Numbered from the stretch's first letter, positions 17,415-27,276 are shown. The stretch: DNA of 64,000 nt from Parcubacteria group bacterium (GCA_016180525.1 JACPBB010000001.1:11320-75319); one strand, 5' to 3'. Numbers and translations: made by a program. The notes: generated by a model not told the origin, from the letters alone.

Positions 17415-18593
17415 ATGGAATCAATATATAAAAAAAATGTTCTGTTGCCTTTTCTCTTTTTGTTCGTGGTAGCGATGATTATTTTTTACATTAAACCAAA
17501 CTCTTCACTTGCACATCACGCAGCATCTATTTTGCAAATATGCGCAACAGAAGAATATAAACCAGCTTGCTACGATAGAGAAATACCCAAATTGATGGAC
17601 ACCGAGCTTTCAATGGAAAATGCGTTTGCTGTTACGAAACTGATTCAACAAAAAGATGATTCATATTTTTACTGCCATGTATTGGGACACAACTTGAGCG
17701 CGAAAGAAACTGCCAAAGACCCTTCAAGGTGGAAAGAAGTTATTGCTCGCACTCCAAGCGGTATGTGTTCAAACGGAGGCATCCATGGTGCTTTTCAGGA
17801 AAGGTTTAGAGCTGAAGCACTGCCAGAGGCAAGTGTTGCTGAATTAGAGCCCATTCTTACTGATATTTGCAATAAACGAGAAAACTGGAACCCGACACGA
17901 CTGGAACAGGCAACGTGCACGCACGCCGTGGGACATCTAGTGATGTACGTTACAGGCGGGGATATTCATAAATCTCTGGCACTCTGTGAAAAAGTCGCAT
18001 TTAACGAAGAGGGGTATGATTTTAAACAAATTTGTTTTGACGGAGCGTTTATGCAAATATTCCAGCCGCTTGAGCCGGAAGATTACGTACTCATAAAAGG
18101 GAGGGAACAGACACGAGAGACCGTTAATTCATTTTGTGAAAAATTTACGGGAGCACGCTATGGATCATGTCGTTCGGAAAGCTGGCCACTTTTTCACGAA
18201 GAAATAAAAACAGCTCCAGGTCTTACTCGTTTTTGCTCTTTTCAAAAAGATTTTGAACAAAAAGAGCGCTGTTATTCAGGAATGTTTTACGTATTAACGG
18301 CAGAATTTAATTTAGACCCCATTAAAATTGAAAATCTTTGCGAAGCATTTCCTCAAGAGTTGAAAAATAAATGTTTTGCAAATGCCGCATCTCGGATGAT
18401 TGAAACTGATTGGAGCAAAATTCCTGACGCAATTTCTTTGTGCGCTATTTCAGAAAAACACGGAGCAGGAGATGCGTGCTATAGAGAATTATTGCTATAT
18501 TCTAACTATAATTTTCACCCAAGATCTAAAGAATTCTATTCGCTATGTCGGCATTTACCTAATGGGTGGGAAGGAAAGTGTCTTTCAGGGTAA
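17415..18593 (+). CDS. secreted Cys/His-rich family protein
   Basis: N-terminal TM. Motifs YCHVLGHNLS, CSNGGIHGAF, TCTHAVGHLVMY. Confidence 0.5.
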   Translation: MESIYKKNVLLPFLFLFVVAMIIFYIKPNSSLAHHAASILQICATEEYKPACYDREIPKLMDTELSMENAFAVTKLIQQKDDSYFYCHVLGHNLSAKETAKDPSRWKEVIARTPSGMCSNGGIHGAFQERFRAEALPEASVAELEPILTDICNKRENWNPTRLEQATCTHAVGHLVMYVTGGDIHKSLALCEKVAFNEEGYDFKQICFDGAFMQIFQPLEPEDYVLIKGREQTRETVNSFCEKFTGARYGSCRSESWPLFHEEIKTAPGLTRFCSFQKDFEQKERCYSGMFYVLTAEFNLDPIKIENLCEAFPQELKNKCFANAASRMIETDWSKIPDAISLCAISEKHGAGDACYRELLLYSNYNFHPRSKEFYSLCRHLPNGWEGKCLSG

Positions 18594-19883
18594 TTGTGTT
18601 AATTTTCCGCACTCATTTCGTATATCTTTAGGAAATTGTTTACAAATCTTTCCAATATCTTCTGGTTCAAAAAGTATGGGGATTTTTTTTATAACCTCTC
18701 CATAACAAAAATTACGAAGCCCTTTTTCTTCTAAGGTTGGATTAGAGCAAAAAACAATTGGGTGTTTGTAAGTTTTTCCTGGTATACCAAACTCGTATAA
18801 TGCGTGCACAATTCCTTTAACGCACCCCTCGTATACTTCCTGTTCAAAAAACTCACACTGCGCAAGAATTCTTTGATATTGGCTTTCTTTCTCGTGTTCT
18901 AGATATATTACATTGTTTAAAACATTATAAAGCATGACTTTTTTAAATTGCCAGTCACCTTCAATTGATTGAATTTTATTAATTACGGGAAAAGTATTTT
19001 TATCGGACAATGTATACATTGTATAAAGTGAGTGAGCCATAATTTTATTGCAAGTAGCATATGCGTTGATTTTTAATCCTTCGCATATTGAAAACGGGTC
19101 TTCTGCGCTCAAGGAAATATCATAACCATTTTTATTACCGTGACCATCAGAATCTTCTTGTATAAAGCGAAGCATCGCTCCGAGTACGCCGGTTTTGCAA
19201 GCTTCTTTTTCATCTTCATTCGCAAGCAAGAGTGCTTCACATTGTTCCACTGGTTTTTCAACGAATACATTTAAATTGCCCCATTTACTTCTTGGTGTTT
19301 GTTCAATGTTTGAATACAAAAGCCCGTGTCCGGCACCAAGGTAACAAATATTACCGATGGATCTGATTTTATTGTTGTAGCGTGTTTTTACGTTTTCACA
19401 TATTTCTGTTACAAATTTTGAACTTGCGTTATCTTGTACTAGGTGACCTACAACAGCATGAGAAAAACCGTAGCCGCACGCTAACATTGATGGTGAAAAA
19501 TCAATAAGAGATATATCCTTTGTATTAAGATAAAGATTATAATATGTGAAATCACCTAAAGAATGCATTAACCGATGGCATCCGTCTTCATAAAAAATCG
19601 CTTTTTTAAAAAAATCTGACACATATGCAGCGCTTACTATGCGCAAGCCAGCACGAGGACCGTCACGCAGTGTTTCATTTTCCATAATTGTATACAGACA
19701 ATCAATTTTTTTATCGTTATCTTTAATAATCTTGCAATTATTAAGTAAGGCGACTGCCCTTATGTCAGATAGCATGTCTGTTTTAAATATTAAAAAAGCT
19801 ACAGCAAGCAATAAAACTATTACAAAAAATGCAAAAGGTGCATTCATCACTTTTTCGGCATAAAGTCTATTAATTATGTTCAT
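18585..19883 (-). CDS. secreted Cys/His-rich family protein (convergent, 9-nt overlap with upstream paralog)
   Basis: N-terminal TM. Motifs CHRLMHSLGDFTY, ACGYGFSHAVVGHL, ICYLGAGHGLLYS. Confidence 0.5.
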   Translation of the reverse strand: MNIINRLYAEKVMNAPFAFFVIVLLLAVAFLIFKTDMLSDIRAVALLNNCKIIKDNDKKIDCLYTIMENETLRDGPRAGLRIVSAAYVSDFFKKAIFYEDGCHRLMHSLGDFTYYNLYLNTKDISLIDFSPSMLACGYGFSHAVVGHLVQDNASSKFVTEICENVKTRYNNKIRSIGNICYLGAGHGLLYSNIEQTPRSKWGNLNVFVEKPVEQCEALLLANEDEKEACKTGVLGAMLRFIQEDSDGHGNKNGYDISLSAEDPFSICEGLKINAYATCNKIMAHSLYTMYTLSDKNTFPVINKIQSIEGDWQFKKVMLYNVLNNVIYLEHEKESQYQRILAQCEFFEQEVYEGCVKGIVHALYEFGIPGKTYKHPIVFCSNPTLEEKGLRNFCYGEVIKKIPILFEPEDIGKICKQFPKDIRNECGKLTQLP

Positions 19884-19958
19884 AAGGGTTATTAACAGGT
19901 ATTTGTGTCAAAGTAGTATAAAAGTCAGTATAATGATTATATAAAAAAATAGTACTCT

Positions 19959-21032
19959 ATGCTTCAAAAAATTACCACTTTTATCAAATACCACAATGCG
20001 CTGCCATTTGGTGCGCTGGTTCTTTTTTTAGGGTTTGGGGCAGCATTTGCGGCAAATGAAGATTTGCGGGAAACAGCAGCAGCGGCGATACTTTCAAGCA
20101 CCCAAACTGTCGTAAAAGTTGATAATTCGCTTATTTTGAGCGTAAACCTTGAGCAGTTTACTCCTTCCGCACAAATTAATACCGTTACTGAAGACGCCGA
20201 AAATTATTACGTTTCGTACACGCTTTACACAATTGATCTCCAAAACGGGGTCTGGAACACGGTTTCTCGTGGAGAGAATGTAACTGTTTCTAAGACCTTG
20301 CTCGGCAACAACGATCTCGGACTCTTTGTTGCAAAACAAATAAAAGAGGTTACTGATAGACAAGTCCAATATTTAAAAGAAGTACAAGATATAGAACAGG
20401 GGAAAGGAGTAACAGAGAAAACTATCGCAACCACATACAGCGGACTCATTGGAAAGTTTCTTGACCCAAAAGAAGAAACATTCCCGGGATACCAGCCAGT
20501 TATTCCTCCTGAGGTAAAGACAGTAGTGAATACTGATTCACAAGAAACACCTACCGTCGCATCCGCACCTGTGTCTGCACCGGTACCAACGCCGACAACC
20601 TCAACGGTAAACACAGCAAACACAAGCAGCGACACTGTTCCGCCAACAGTTACTATAAATGGAAATAATCCGGCAACTATTGAAATCAGAAAAGGATATT
20701 CTGACAATGGGGTAACGGTTACCGACAATGTAGACCAGAATCTAGGTGTTTCTGTAACAGTAGACGGGGTCTCCGTATCTGAAATACAAATTAACACTTC
20801 TATAGCAGGCGAACATACGATTGTGTATACTGCTACAGATTCAGCGGGAAATAGCACCTCTGCAACAAGAACAGTGATTATAGAAGACCCAAATCCGCCC
20901 ATACAACCGCCGCAAGAAATAACCGCAACAACAACTGAAGAAATAGCGGCAACAACAGAAACAGTATCATCAACAACAACCGATACATCAACTGTTTCAC
21001 CAGAAAGCGGAACATCAACGCCAACAGAATAA
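19959..21032 (+). CDS. secreted surface protein with Thr/Ser/Pro-rich linkers and a bacterial Ig-like (DUF5011-type) domain
   Basis: Signal peptide. The segment PPTVTINGNNPATIEIRKGYSDNGVTVTDNVDQNLGVSVTVDGV...GEHTIVYTATDSAGNSTSATRTVII fits the Ig-like surface-domain pattern. T-rich low-complexity tails. Confidence 0.5.
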   Translation: MLQKITTFIKYHNALPFGALVLFLGFGAAFAANEDLRETAAAAILSSTQTVVKVDNSLILSVNLEQFTPSAQINTVTEDAENYYVSYTLYTIDLQNGVWNTVSRGENVTVSKTLLGNNDLGLFVAKQIKEVTDRQVQYLKEVQDIEQGKGVTEKTIATTYSGLIGKFLDPKEETFPGYQPVIPPEVKTVVNTDSQETPTVASAPVSAPVPTPTTSTVNTANTSSDTVPPTVTINGNNPATIEIRKGYSDNGVTVTDNVDQNLGVSVTVDGVSVSEIQINTSIAGEHTIVYTATDSAGNSTSATRTVIIEDPNPPIQPPQEITATTTEEIAATTETVSSTTTDTSTVSPESGTSTPTE

Positions 21033-21037
21033 AAAAA

Positions 21038-21067
21038 TAATCCCGAGTATTCGGGATTATTTTTTTG
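21038..21067. terminator. bidirectional hairpin terminator between 19959..21032 and cysS
   Basis: aatcccgag-tat-tcgggatt flanked by an A-run and a T-run. Overlaps the last codons of cysS. Confidence 0.55.
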
Positions 21068-22403
21068 TTATGCGTGGACCTTGTTCAGTATCTTTAATTT
21101 CAAATCCCAAGTTTTCTATTTCTTTTCGGAGCGTATCCGCAACTGCCCAGTCTTCTTTTTTACGCGCTTCTTCACGTCTTTCTGCGATTTCTAGAACCTC
21201 TGCAGGTATCTCTTCTTTTTTTAGAACTTCAAGACCCAAACCCAATACTGCATCAAACAAAATAAGTGTTTTTTTCTTATCTTTTGGCGCGACAGTTTTA
21301 TCTTTAAGAATATCCCAAACAAGCGCAAGCGCTCGCGGAGTGTCTAGGTTGTCGCCTATATATTGTTTAAATTTTTTAACATGTTTGGCGGATTCTTCTC
21401 CAATATCTTCTCCTAATGCTCTATATTGCTCATAGAGCTTTTTTAGGGCATGTTCACTTGCTTCAAGTGCTTCCCACGTAAAATTAACCTGGGTTCTGTA
21501 ATGGACCTGCAAGAGAAAATATCGATAGGATAGGGGAGTAAACTCTTTTTTTACGATATCGGTAAGTGTCATAATATTTCCTTCCGATTTCGCCATTTTT
21601 TTTCCATCAACAAGTACAAATTCGTTGTGGAGCCAATAACGCGCAAGCGATTTCTCCGTTGCGCCCTCTGATTGCGCGATTTCATTTTCATGGTGGGGGA
21701 ATATGAGGTCTTTGCCGCCCGTGTGAATATCAAATCCTTCTCCGAGATATTTCATAGACATCGCAGAGCATTCAATGTGCCAGCCTGGACGTCCTTTTCC
21801 CAGAGAGGTTTCCCAAAACACATTCCCATCATCCTTGTTCCATGCCTTCCAAAGAACAAAATCTTGCGCGTCTTCCTTTTCATATTCATCATGTACAATG
21901 CGCGCGCCTTGTTTTAATTGAATATTTTTAAGTCCCGCAAGCTCCCCGTATTTTTTAAACGCAGAAATTTTAAAATATACAGAATTATCTTCTCCTTTAT
22001 ACGCAAGCCCACGGCGAAGTAAGGTTTCAATGAGTTCTACCATTTCGTCAATGTGATCAGTTGCTCGAACCAACTTGTGAGGAGTTAAAATGTTTAGCGT
22101 AGCAATATCTTCTTCAAAAAATTTTGTATATCTGTCAGTAAGAGCTCTCAATGAAACACCTTCTTCTTGAGAACGTTTAATTGTTTTGTCATCCACATCG
22201 GTAACATTCATTACTTGTGTAACTTTATAGCCATTCAAAACTAAGGCACGCCTTAAAAGATCCCATGTTGTAAATGAGCGCAAATTGCCAATGTGTGCTC
22301 TCCCATAAACCGTTGGCCCGCAATGATACATTGAAACATGCCCCTTTTTGAGGGGTTTAAACAGCTCTTTTTTTCTGGAGAGTGTGTTGTAGAGATGAAT
22401 CAT
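21057..22403 (-). CDS. cysS: cysteinyl-tRNA synthetase
   Basis: HIGH-type motif HIGNLRSF. KMSKS-type KMAKSEGN. Zinc-binding Cys residues. ~448 aa. Confidence 0.9.
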   Translation of the reverse strand: MIHLYNTLSRKKELFKPLKKGHVSMYHCGPTVYGRAHIGNLRSFTTWDLLRRALVLNGYKVTQVMNVTDVDDKTIKRSQEEGVSLRALTDRYTKFFEEDIATLNILTPHKLVRATDHIDEMVELIETLLRRGLAYKGEDNSVYFKISAFKKYGELAGLKNIQLKQGARIVHDEYEKEDAQDFVLWKAWNKDDGNVFWETSLGKGRPGWHIECSAMSMKYLGEGFDIHTGGKDLIFPHHENEIAQSEGATEKSLARYWLHNEFVLVDGKKMAKSEGNIMTLTDIVKKEFTPLSYRYFLLQVHYRTQVNFTWEALEASEHALKKLYEQYRALGEDIGEESAKHVKKFKQYIGDNLDTPRALALVWDILKDKTVAPKDKKKTLILFDAVLGLGLEVLKKEEIPAEVLEIAERREEARKKEDWAVADTLRKEIENLGFEIKDTEQGPRITKK

Positions 22404-22485
22404 AGGCGTTAGGCGTTAGGCGTTAGGCGTTAGGCAATCTCAATATTATTCCTAGTGCCTAATGCCTAGCTGCCAGTGCCTAAAC
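22404..22485. repeat. intergenic 7-nt-periodic palindromic element (ggcgtta x4 ... cctagtg/cctaatg arm)
   Basis: Tandem heptamers ggcgttaggcgttaggcgttaggc followed by cctagtgcctaatgcctagctgccagtgcctaa, between cysS and the corA-like gene. Confidence 0.6.
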
Positions 22486-23406
22486 TTAAAACCATTTCTT
22501 ATGTTTAAAATATAAAAAGAAAACTCCGGCTAAAACAATCATTGCGCCAACGATAAGCCAAAACCCGTTTTCCTCCTCAACAAGCGGCAAATATTCTGTA
22601 TTCATACTAAACAAGGAAGAAAAAAGCGTTAGAGGCAACATAATAAACGCCATAATCGTCAAAACCTTCATAATGTCGTTCGTTTTTGTTGTAAGCAACG
22701 AGTCGTTTGTTGCTTTCAGCTCTCCAAGGATGTCTTTGTCCGCTTCAAACAGAGATGATACTTTATAATATTCTCCCGTAATTGCATGTAAATAATAGTT
22801 AAATTCTTTTCCAAAAAACCCTTCTCCCTCTCGTTCCAATGATTCCAGCACTTGTTTGTGCTGACTTGTTGCTTTTTTAAAATGAAGAAGTTTTCTGTTC
22901 ATTCTTGAAATATGCGGGACCATTTTATGCTCCTTTCCGTTAAAAATATTATTTTCAATTTTATCCAATTCGCTTTGTACATATTCAAGTTCACCCATTA
23001 AATTTTCATATAATTCTTTCATGAGAAAAAAGAAAAGGTACCCCGCATGAGCGCCAACGTTACATTTTTTAAGTACTGCGTTGACACTAAAGAGCCGATT
23101 TGATTTTTCAAGCGAATCAATACTGCTATAGTGCACGGTAACAAAAAAACTTTTACCGATAATAAAGTCTATTTCCTGCTCTATTTCATCGCCGTGGGAA
23201 TGAGAAATGGTTGGGAAATGAAGGATTAAATAAACCAAATTTTTATACACATCCACCTTGGGACGCGCAGAAGGAGAGAGAAGCTCGTCGGCAACAAGAG
23301 GATGAATCGCGTACTCCTCAACAAGCGAACGTACTTCTTCGTGCGTAGGAGACTCCATGTCAATCCATACGAGATCTCCGCATTTTTCTTTGGTAACCAT
23401 ATACAT
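22486..23406 (-). CDS. CorA-family divalent cation transporter (variant SMN in place of the GMN signature)
   Basis: Soluble N-domain plus two C-terminal TM helices with LFSMNTEYLPL at the CorA YGMNFEYMPEL position. Confidence 0.55.
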   Translation of the reverse strand: MYMVTKEKCGDLVWIDMESPTHEEVRSLVEEYAIHPLVADELLSPSARPKVDVYKNLVYLILHFPTISHSHGDEIEQEIDFIIGKSFFVTVHYSSIDSLEKSNRLFSVNAVLKKCNVGAHAGYLFFFLMKELYENLMGELEYVQSELDKIENNIFNGKEHKMVPHISRMNRKLLHFKKATSQHKQVLESLEREGEGFFGKEFNYYLHAITGEYYKVSSLFEADKDILGELKATNDSLLTTKTNDIMKVLTIMAFIMLPLTLFSSLFSMNTEYLPLVEEENGFWLIVGAMIVLAGVFFLYFKHKKWF

Positions 23407-23464
23407 AGTATAGGGTATAACGTATAAAGTATAAAGTATATTTTACCCACATAAATTAAAAAAT

Positions 23465-23493
23465 TTGACCACATAAGTATATGTGCGATAATG
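23465..23493 (+). promoter_or_regulatory. sigma70-like promoter for the ctpA-like gene (leaderless-type spacing)
   Basis: TTGACC - 17 nt - GATAAT, ending 7 nt before the ATG at 23500. Confidence 0.35.
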
Positions 23494-23499
23494 GACTAA

Positions 23500-24738
23500 A
23501 TGCATAATAATAATTGGAAATTCTTTTTTCTGCTTATGCTCCTTGTTTTTTCTGGGGCAACTTTTGTATTGGGTATATTCGTAGGATATGAAAATAGGCC
23601 CGAAATCTTAAAAGTTATCTCGCTTGCGAATAAAGAGGCCGCGGTAGTGAGTACTGAATCAACTCTTGTAGACTTTTCTCCTTTTTGGAAATCGTGGAAT
23701 ATTATTGATGAAAAGTTTGTGGGCGTTGCAACAACGACAGGAGAACAAGAGCGTGTCTGGGGAGCAATTAAGGGACTTATAGAGTCGCTTGAAGACCCGT
23801 ATTCGGTCTTTTTCCCTCCAGCAGATGCGGAAACTTTTGCCGAAAACATAGCTGGTAATTTTGGCGGTGTGGGAATGGAAATCGGAATGCGTAACAACAT
23901 ATTAACCGTTATAGCTCCTATTAAAAACACTCCCGCGGAAAAAGCGGGAATAAAAGCGGGGGACAGAATCATTTTTATAGATGAAACGCCAACCTCAGAT
24001 TTAAATATTGAGGAGGCAGTTCGCCTTATCCGAGGCCCCGTCGGAACGTCGGTGGAAATTTCCATAGAGCGTGACAATGTTCAGGATCTCATTGAAATAT
24101 CAGTAGAGCGGGCGGTAATTTCAATTCCAACAATTGATACCGAGGAGCGTACGGATGGAATCTTTGTAATCAAATTATATAATTTTTCAGGAACATCACC
24201 TCAATTATTTAGAGAGGCGCTCCGGGAATTTGTTCTTTCAGGCAAAGATAAACTCCTTATTGACGTAAGAGGAAACGTCGGGGGATTCCTTGAGGCGGCA
24301 GTTGATATTACAAGCTGGTTCTTGCCCCCGGGAAAAATTATCGTAACGGAGGATTTTGGCGGAAAAACAGAGAATACCGTGTATAGAAGCAGGGGGTACG
24401 ATATTTTTAATGAAAACTTAAAATTAGTTATTCTAGTAGACAAAGGTTCTGCTTCGGCAACCGAGATTTTTGCAGGAGCACTTTCTGAACATGGTATTGC
24501 GACACTCGTCGGTGAAAAAACATTTGGGAAAGGGTCTGTCCAGGAATTAATCAATATAACAAGCGATACATCGCTTAAAATAACCGTTGCTCACTGGCTT
24601 ACTCCCAAAGGTAATTCTATTTCTAAAAATGGTATCGTGCCTGATGTGGAAATCCTTATAACACAAAAGGACATTGACTCAAAAAAAGACCCCCAGCTTG
24701 AAAAGGCAGTAGAAATATTAAATAATATAAGGCGCTAG
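23500..24738 (+). CDS. ctpA: carboxyl-terminal processing protease, peptidase S41 with PDZ domain
   Basis: N-terminal TM. PDZ block GGVGMEIGMRNNILTVIAPIKNTPAEKAGIKAGDRII. Catalytic-region motif GSASATEIFAGAL. Confidence 0.8.
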   Translation: MHNNNWKFFFLLMLLVFSGATFVLGIFVGYENRPEILKVISLANKEAAVVSTESTLVDFSPFWKSWNIIDEKFVGVATTTGEQERVWGAIKGLIESLEDPYSVFFPPADAETFAENIAGNFGGVGMEIGMRNNILTVIAPIKNTPAEKAGIKAGDRIIFIDETPTSDLNIEEAVRLIRGPVGTSVEISIERDNVQDLIEISVERAVISIPTIDTEERTDGIFVIKLYNFSGTSPQLFREALREFVLSGKDKLLIDVRGNVGGFLEAAVDITSWFLPPGKIIVTEDFGGKTENTVYRSRGYDIFNENLKLVILVDKGSASATEIFAGALSEHGIATLVGEKTFGKGSVQELINITSDTSLKITVAHWLTPKGNSISKNGIVPDVEILITQKDIDSKKDPQLEKAVEILNNIRR

Positions 24739-24811
24739 CCTTTAGGCACTAGGCTCTAGGAAAAATTAAAAAACCTAACGCCTAAAGTCTGACGCCTAAA
24801 GCCTAAAACCT
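24739..24811. repeat. intergenic 7-nt-periodic palindromic element
   Basis: gcctttaggcactaggctctagg - A-rich spacer - cctaacgcctaaagtctgacgcctaaagcctaaaacc, between the ctpA-like gene and rplI. Confidence 0.55.
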
Positions 24812-25255
24812 ATGAAAGTTATCTTATTACAAGATGTCCCTAAGGTGGGAAAAAAATATGAAGTGAAGGAGGTAAAAAACGGCCTTGCCCGTAATTTTCT
24901 TATTCCTAAAAAACTCGTGGAAATAGCAACCGCCGGAACTCTGAAAAAACTAGAAATTTTTAAAGAAAAAAATAAACAGGAGGAAGAAGAAAAAAATAAA
25001 GCACTACGTGACACACTCTCTGCATTAAGCAATAAAACAATTACCATAACCGTACGCGCGGGAGATATGGGGAGCCTTTTTGCTAAAATTACAGCAAAAG
25101 ATATAGCGAACGCAATTAAAAAAGAATATAACGTTAACCTTCCGGAAGAATTAATTATCTTGGAGGAGCCAATTAAAAAAATAGGGGAGTACGATATTGT
25201 GGCGGAAGTAGGGGAGAAAAAAGAAAAATTAAAAGTTGTTATAAAGGCGATATAA
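24812..25255 (+). CDS. rplI: 50S ribosomal protein L9
   Basis: MKVILLQDVPKVGKKYEVKEVKNGLARNFLIPKKLV matches the L9 N-domain consensus. 147 aa. Confidence 0.85.
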   Translation: MKVILLQDVPKVGKKYEVKEVKNGLARNFLIPKKLVEIATAGTLKKLEIFKEKNKQEEEEKNKALRDTLSALSNKTITITVRAGDMGSLFAKITAKDIANAIKKEYNVNLPEELIILEEPIKKIGEYDIVAEVGEKKEKLKVVIKAI

Positions 25256-25267
25256 AAAAGAAGCGTT

Positions 25268-25302
25268 ACAATAAAAACTTCCCGCACGGGAAGTTTTTAT
25301 TG
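25268..25302. terminator. bidirectional terminator between rplI and rpmA
   Basis: aaaaacttcccg-cac-gggaagttttt with flanking caataaaaa / tttattg. Confidence 0.65.
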
Positions 25303-25575
25303 TAATACAACGTCAATTATTTTTTTCCGAATACTATCTCCGTTAAATTTAATTTTTTTCCTGCTTCTGAATTTTACCACTCCTTCTTTGAGCGCAAAGA
25401 GTGTATGATCTTTTCCCATAGAAACATTTTTCCCTGGAAGTACGCGGGTGCCACGCTGGCGTACAAGAACAAAGCCTGCTTTCGCGGACTGACCATCTTG
25501 GATTTTTATACCGAGATATTTAGGATTTGAATCTCGAAGATTTTTTGCTGAACCTCCTGCTTTTTTATGTGCCAT
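25297..25575 (-). CDS. rpmA: 50S ribosomal protein L27
   Basis: [24 protein letters not shown]...[24 protein letters not shown] is the canonical L27 sequence. Confidence 0.85.
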   Translation of the reverse strand: MAHKKAGGSAKNLRDSNPKYLGIKIQDGQSAKAGFVLVRQRGTRVLPGKNVSMGKDHTLFALKEGVVKFRSRKKIKFNGDSIRKKIIDVVLQ

Positions 25576-25650
25576 ATGTTAGAAGATTAGGCTTTAGGCA
25601 CTAAGCTCTAGGAAAATAATTCCTAAAAGCCCAACCCAACGCCCACCACG
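25576..25650. repeat. intergenic 7-nt-periodic element (degenerate second arm)
   Basis: ggctttaggcactaagctctagg - spacer - cctaaaagcccaacccaacgccc, upstream of rpmA. Confidence 0.4.
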
Positions 25651-25732
25651 CCTACTTGATACCTTATACTCTATACTTATACTGTAATATATGAAAGAGA
25701 GTATACTGAAAATTATATTAAAAGGCAAGCGA

Positions 25733-26068
25733 ATGGCGAAAAACAGAGAGTTTTTGATAGCTCTCCTTATATTGCTTGTCGGTTTCGGCAGTTTCGGCTT
25801 GGGCAGACTTTCCGCATTAGAAAATAATAAAACCCCTGTTTTTATTGAGTATGAAGAAAAAGAAAATGGCAGATTAGAGGCCGCGGCAGGCCTTTCTGAT
25901 ACGGTGGGGGATAAAAAGTTTGTTGCGTCAAAAAACGGCACAAAATATCATCACCCATGGTGCGCGGGAGCGCAGAGAATAAGCGAGGAAAACAAAATCT
26001 GGTTTGCTTCAAAAGAAGATGCAGAAAAGGCAGGGTATACTCCTGCAGCTAACTGTAAAGGACTTTAG
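25733..26068 (+). CDS. membrane-anchored protein with Ada-like metal-binding (sunset-type) C-terminal domain
   Basis: TM helix REFLIALLILLVGFGSFGL. C-terminus KYHHPWCAGAQRISEENKIWFASKEDAEKAGYTPAANC resembles the Ada Zn-binding/sunset domain. Confidence 0.4.
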   Translation: MAKNREFLIALLILLVGFGSFGLGRLSALENNKTPVFIEYEEKENGRLEAAAGLSDTVGDKKFVASKNGTKYHHPWCAGAQRISEENKIWFASKEDAEKAGYTPAANCKGL

Positions 26069-26070
26069 TT

Positions 26071-27276
26071 ATGCGTTATTTTGACGGAAATATTGAAAAA
26101 GGATTTACCGCGCTCCTTTCAATGCGTGCGATACAAACTCTGGCCGGGGGATTGTTGGGAGTATTCCTACCAATATTTTTATATAATCTTTTTGAAGAAA
26201 ACATACGACCAGTAATTTATTTTTTCCTTGCTTCTTCTTTTGTGTACGTCGTATTGCTTGGAATAGGCGCCCAATTTTTAAACACGTTCGGTTTTAGACG
26301 CGCTCTTGCACTAAGTATTTTATTTGGAGTTTCATTTTACGGACTTTTTTCTTTTGTCACCGAAGAAAATGTTTTATATATAATACCGATATTGCTTTTA
26401 CTTTTAACGCTTGATCGATTGTTATATTGGATTCCATACCATGTTGATTTCGCAAAATTTACTGATAAAGAAAACCGGGGGAGGGAAGTGAGTCTTTTGT
26501 TTGCCTCAATTGAATTTTTAGGAGCCTTAGGCCCAGTTGTTGCTGGGTATCTTCTTGATATTTTAAATTTCAAAGTGTTGTTTATTGTTGCAACAGTTTT
26601 ATATTCTTTCATGTTAATCCCTATCTTTAAAATTCCCAAAACAAATGAGTCCTTTAGCTGGTCATATGGAAAAACATGGAAAGAATTTTTTTCAAAAGAA
26701 CGACGAGCGGCTCTTATTGCCCTTGGGGCAATCGGGGCAGAGAACACGGTTGCGGTGGTCATCTGGCCAATTTTCATTTTTGAGATTCTGCATGGAAATT
26801 ATCTCCAAATCGGAGCACTTTCAACAATCGTAGTGGGCCTCACAATCGCTTTACAGCTCGGAACGGGCAAATATATTGATTTTGGTTCAATGGCAAAACA
26901 AAAGACGCTACGTATTGGGAGCCTTTTTTATGCCGTAGGCTGGATTATCAAAATTTTCGTCGCCACCGCGTTTCAAATCTTTATTGTGGGGTTTTACCAC
27001 GGGCTCACTAAAATATTCACTATGACGCCATTTGACACCCTTATTTACGAAATAGCAGCAGATTCAGGGCATTATGTGGACGAATTTACCGTATTACGGG
27101 AAATGGCAATACATACGGGCAGAGTTTTAACCCTAATCCTTATACTCGGGTTTTTGTTTTTCTTTAACCTCGAATCAACGTTTATAATTGCCGCGACAGC
27201 ATCACTACTCCTTAATGCAGTGTATTTTATACGCAAACCGGAGCTTCGTGGAAATATAATGCATAAGCATGTATAA
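26071..27276 (+). CDS. MFS-type transporter
   Basis: ~12 predicted TM helices over 401 aa. Typical MFS hydropathy. Confidence 0.55.
   Translation: MRYFDGNIEKGFTALLSMRAIQTLAGGLLGVFLPIFLYNLFEENIRPVIYFFLASSFVYVVLLGIGAQFLNTFGFRRALALSILFGVSFYGLFSFVTEENVLYIIPILLLLLTLDRLLYWIPYHVDFAKFTDKENRGREVSLLFASIEFLGALGPVVAGYLLDILNFKVLFIVATVLYSFMLIPIFKIPKTNESFSWSYGKTWKEFFSKERRAALIALGAIGAENTVAVVIWPIFIFEILHGNYLQIGALSTIVVGLTIALQLGTGKYIDFGSMAKQKTLRIGSLFYAVGWIIKIFVATAFQIFIVGFYHGLTKIFTMTPFDTLIYEIAADSGHYVDEFTVLREMAIHTGRVLTLILILGFLFFFNLESTFIIAATASLLLNAVYFIRKPELRGNIMHKHV

Noticed and set aside
20225-20902. 225-aa minus-strand ORF antisense to the Thr-rich surface protein gene.
   Set aside because: Antisense frame of a low-complexity ACx-codon-rich region. 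The sense frame has a signal peptide and an Ig-like domain.
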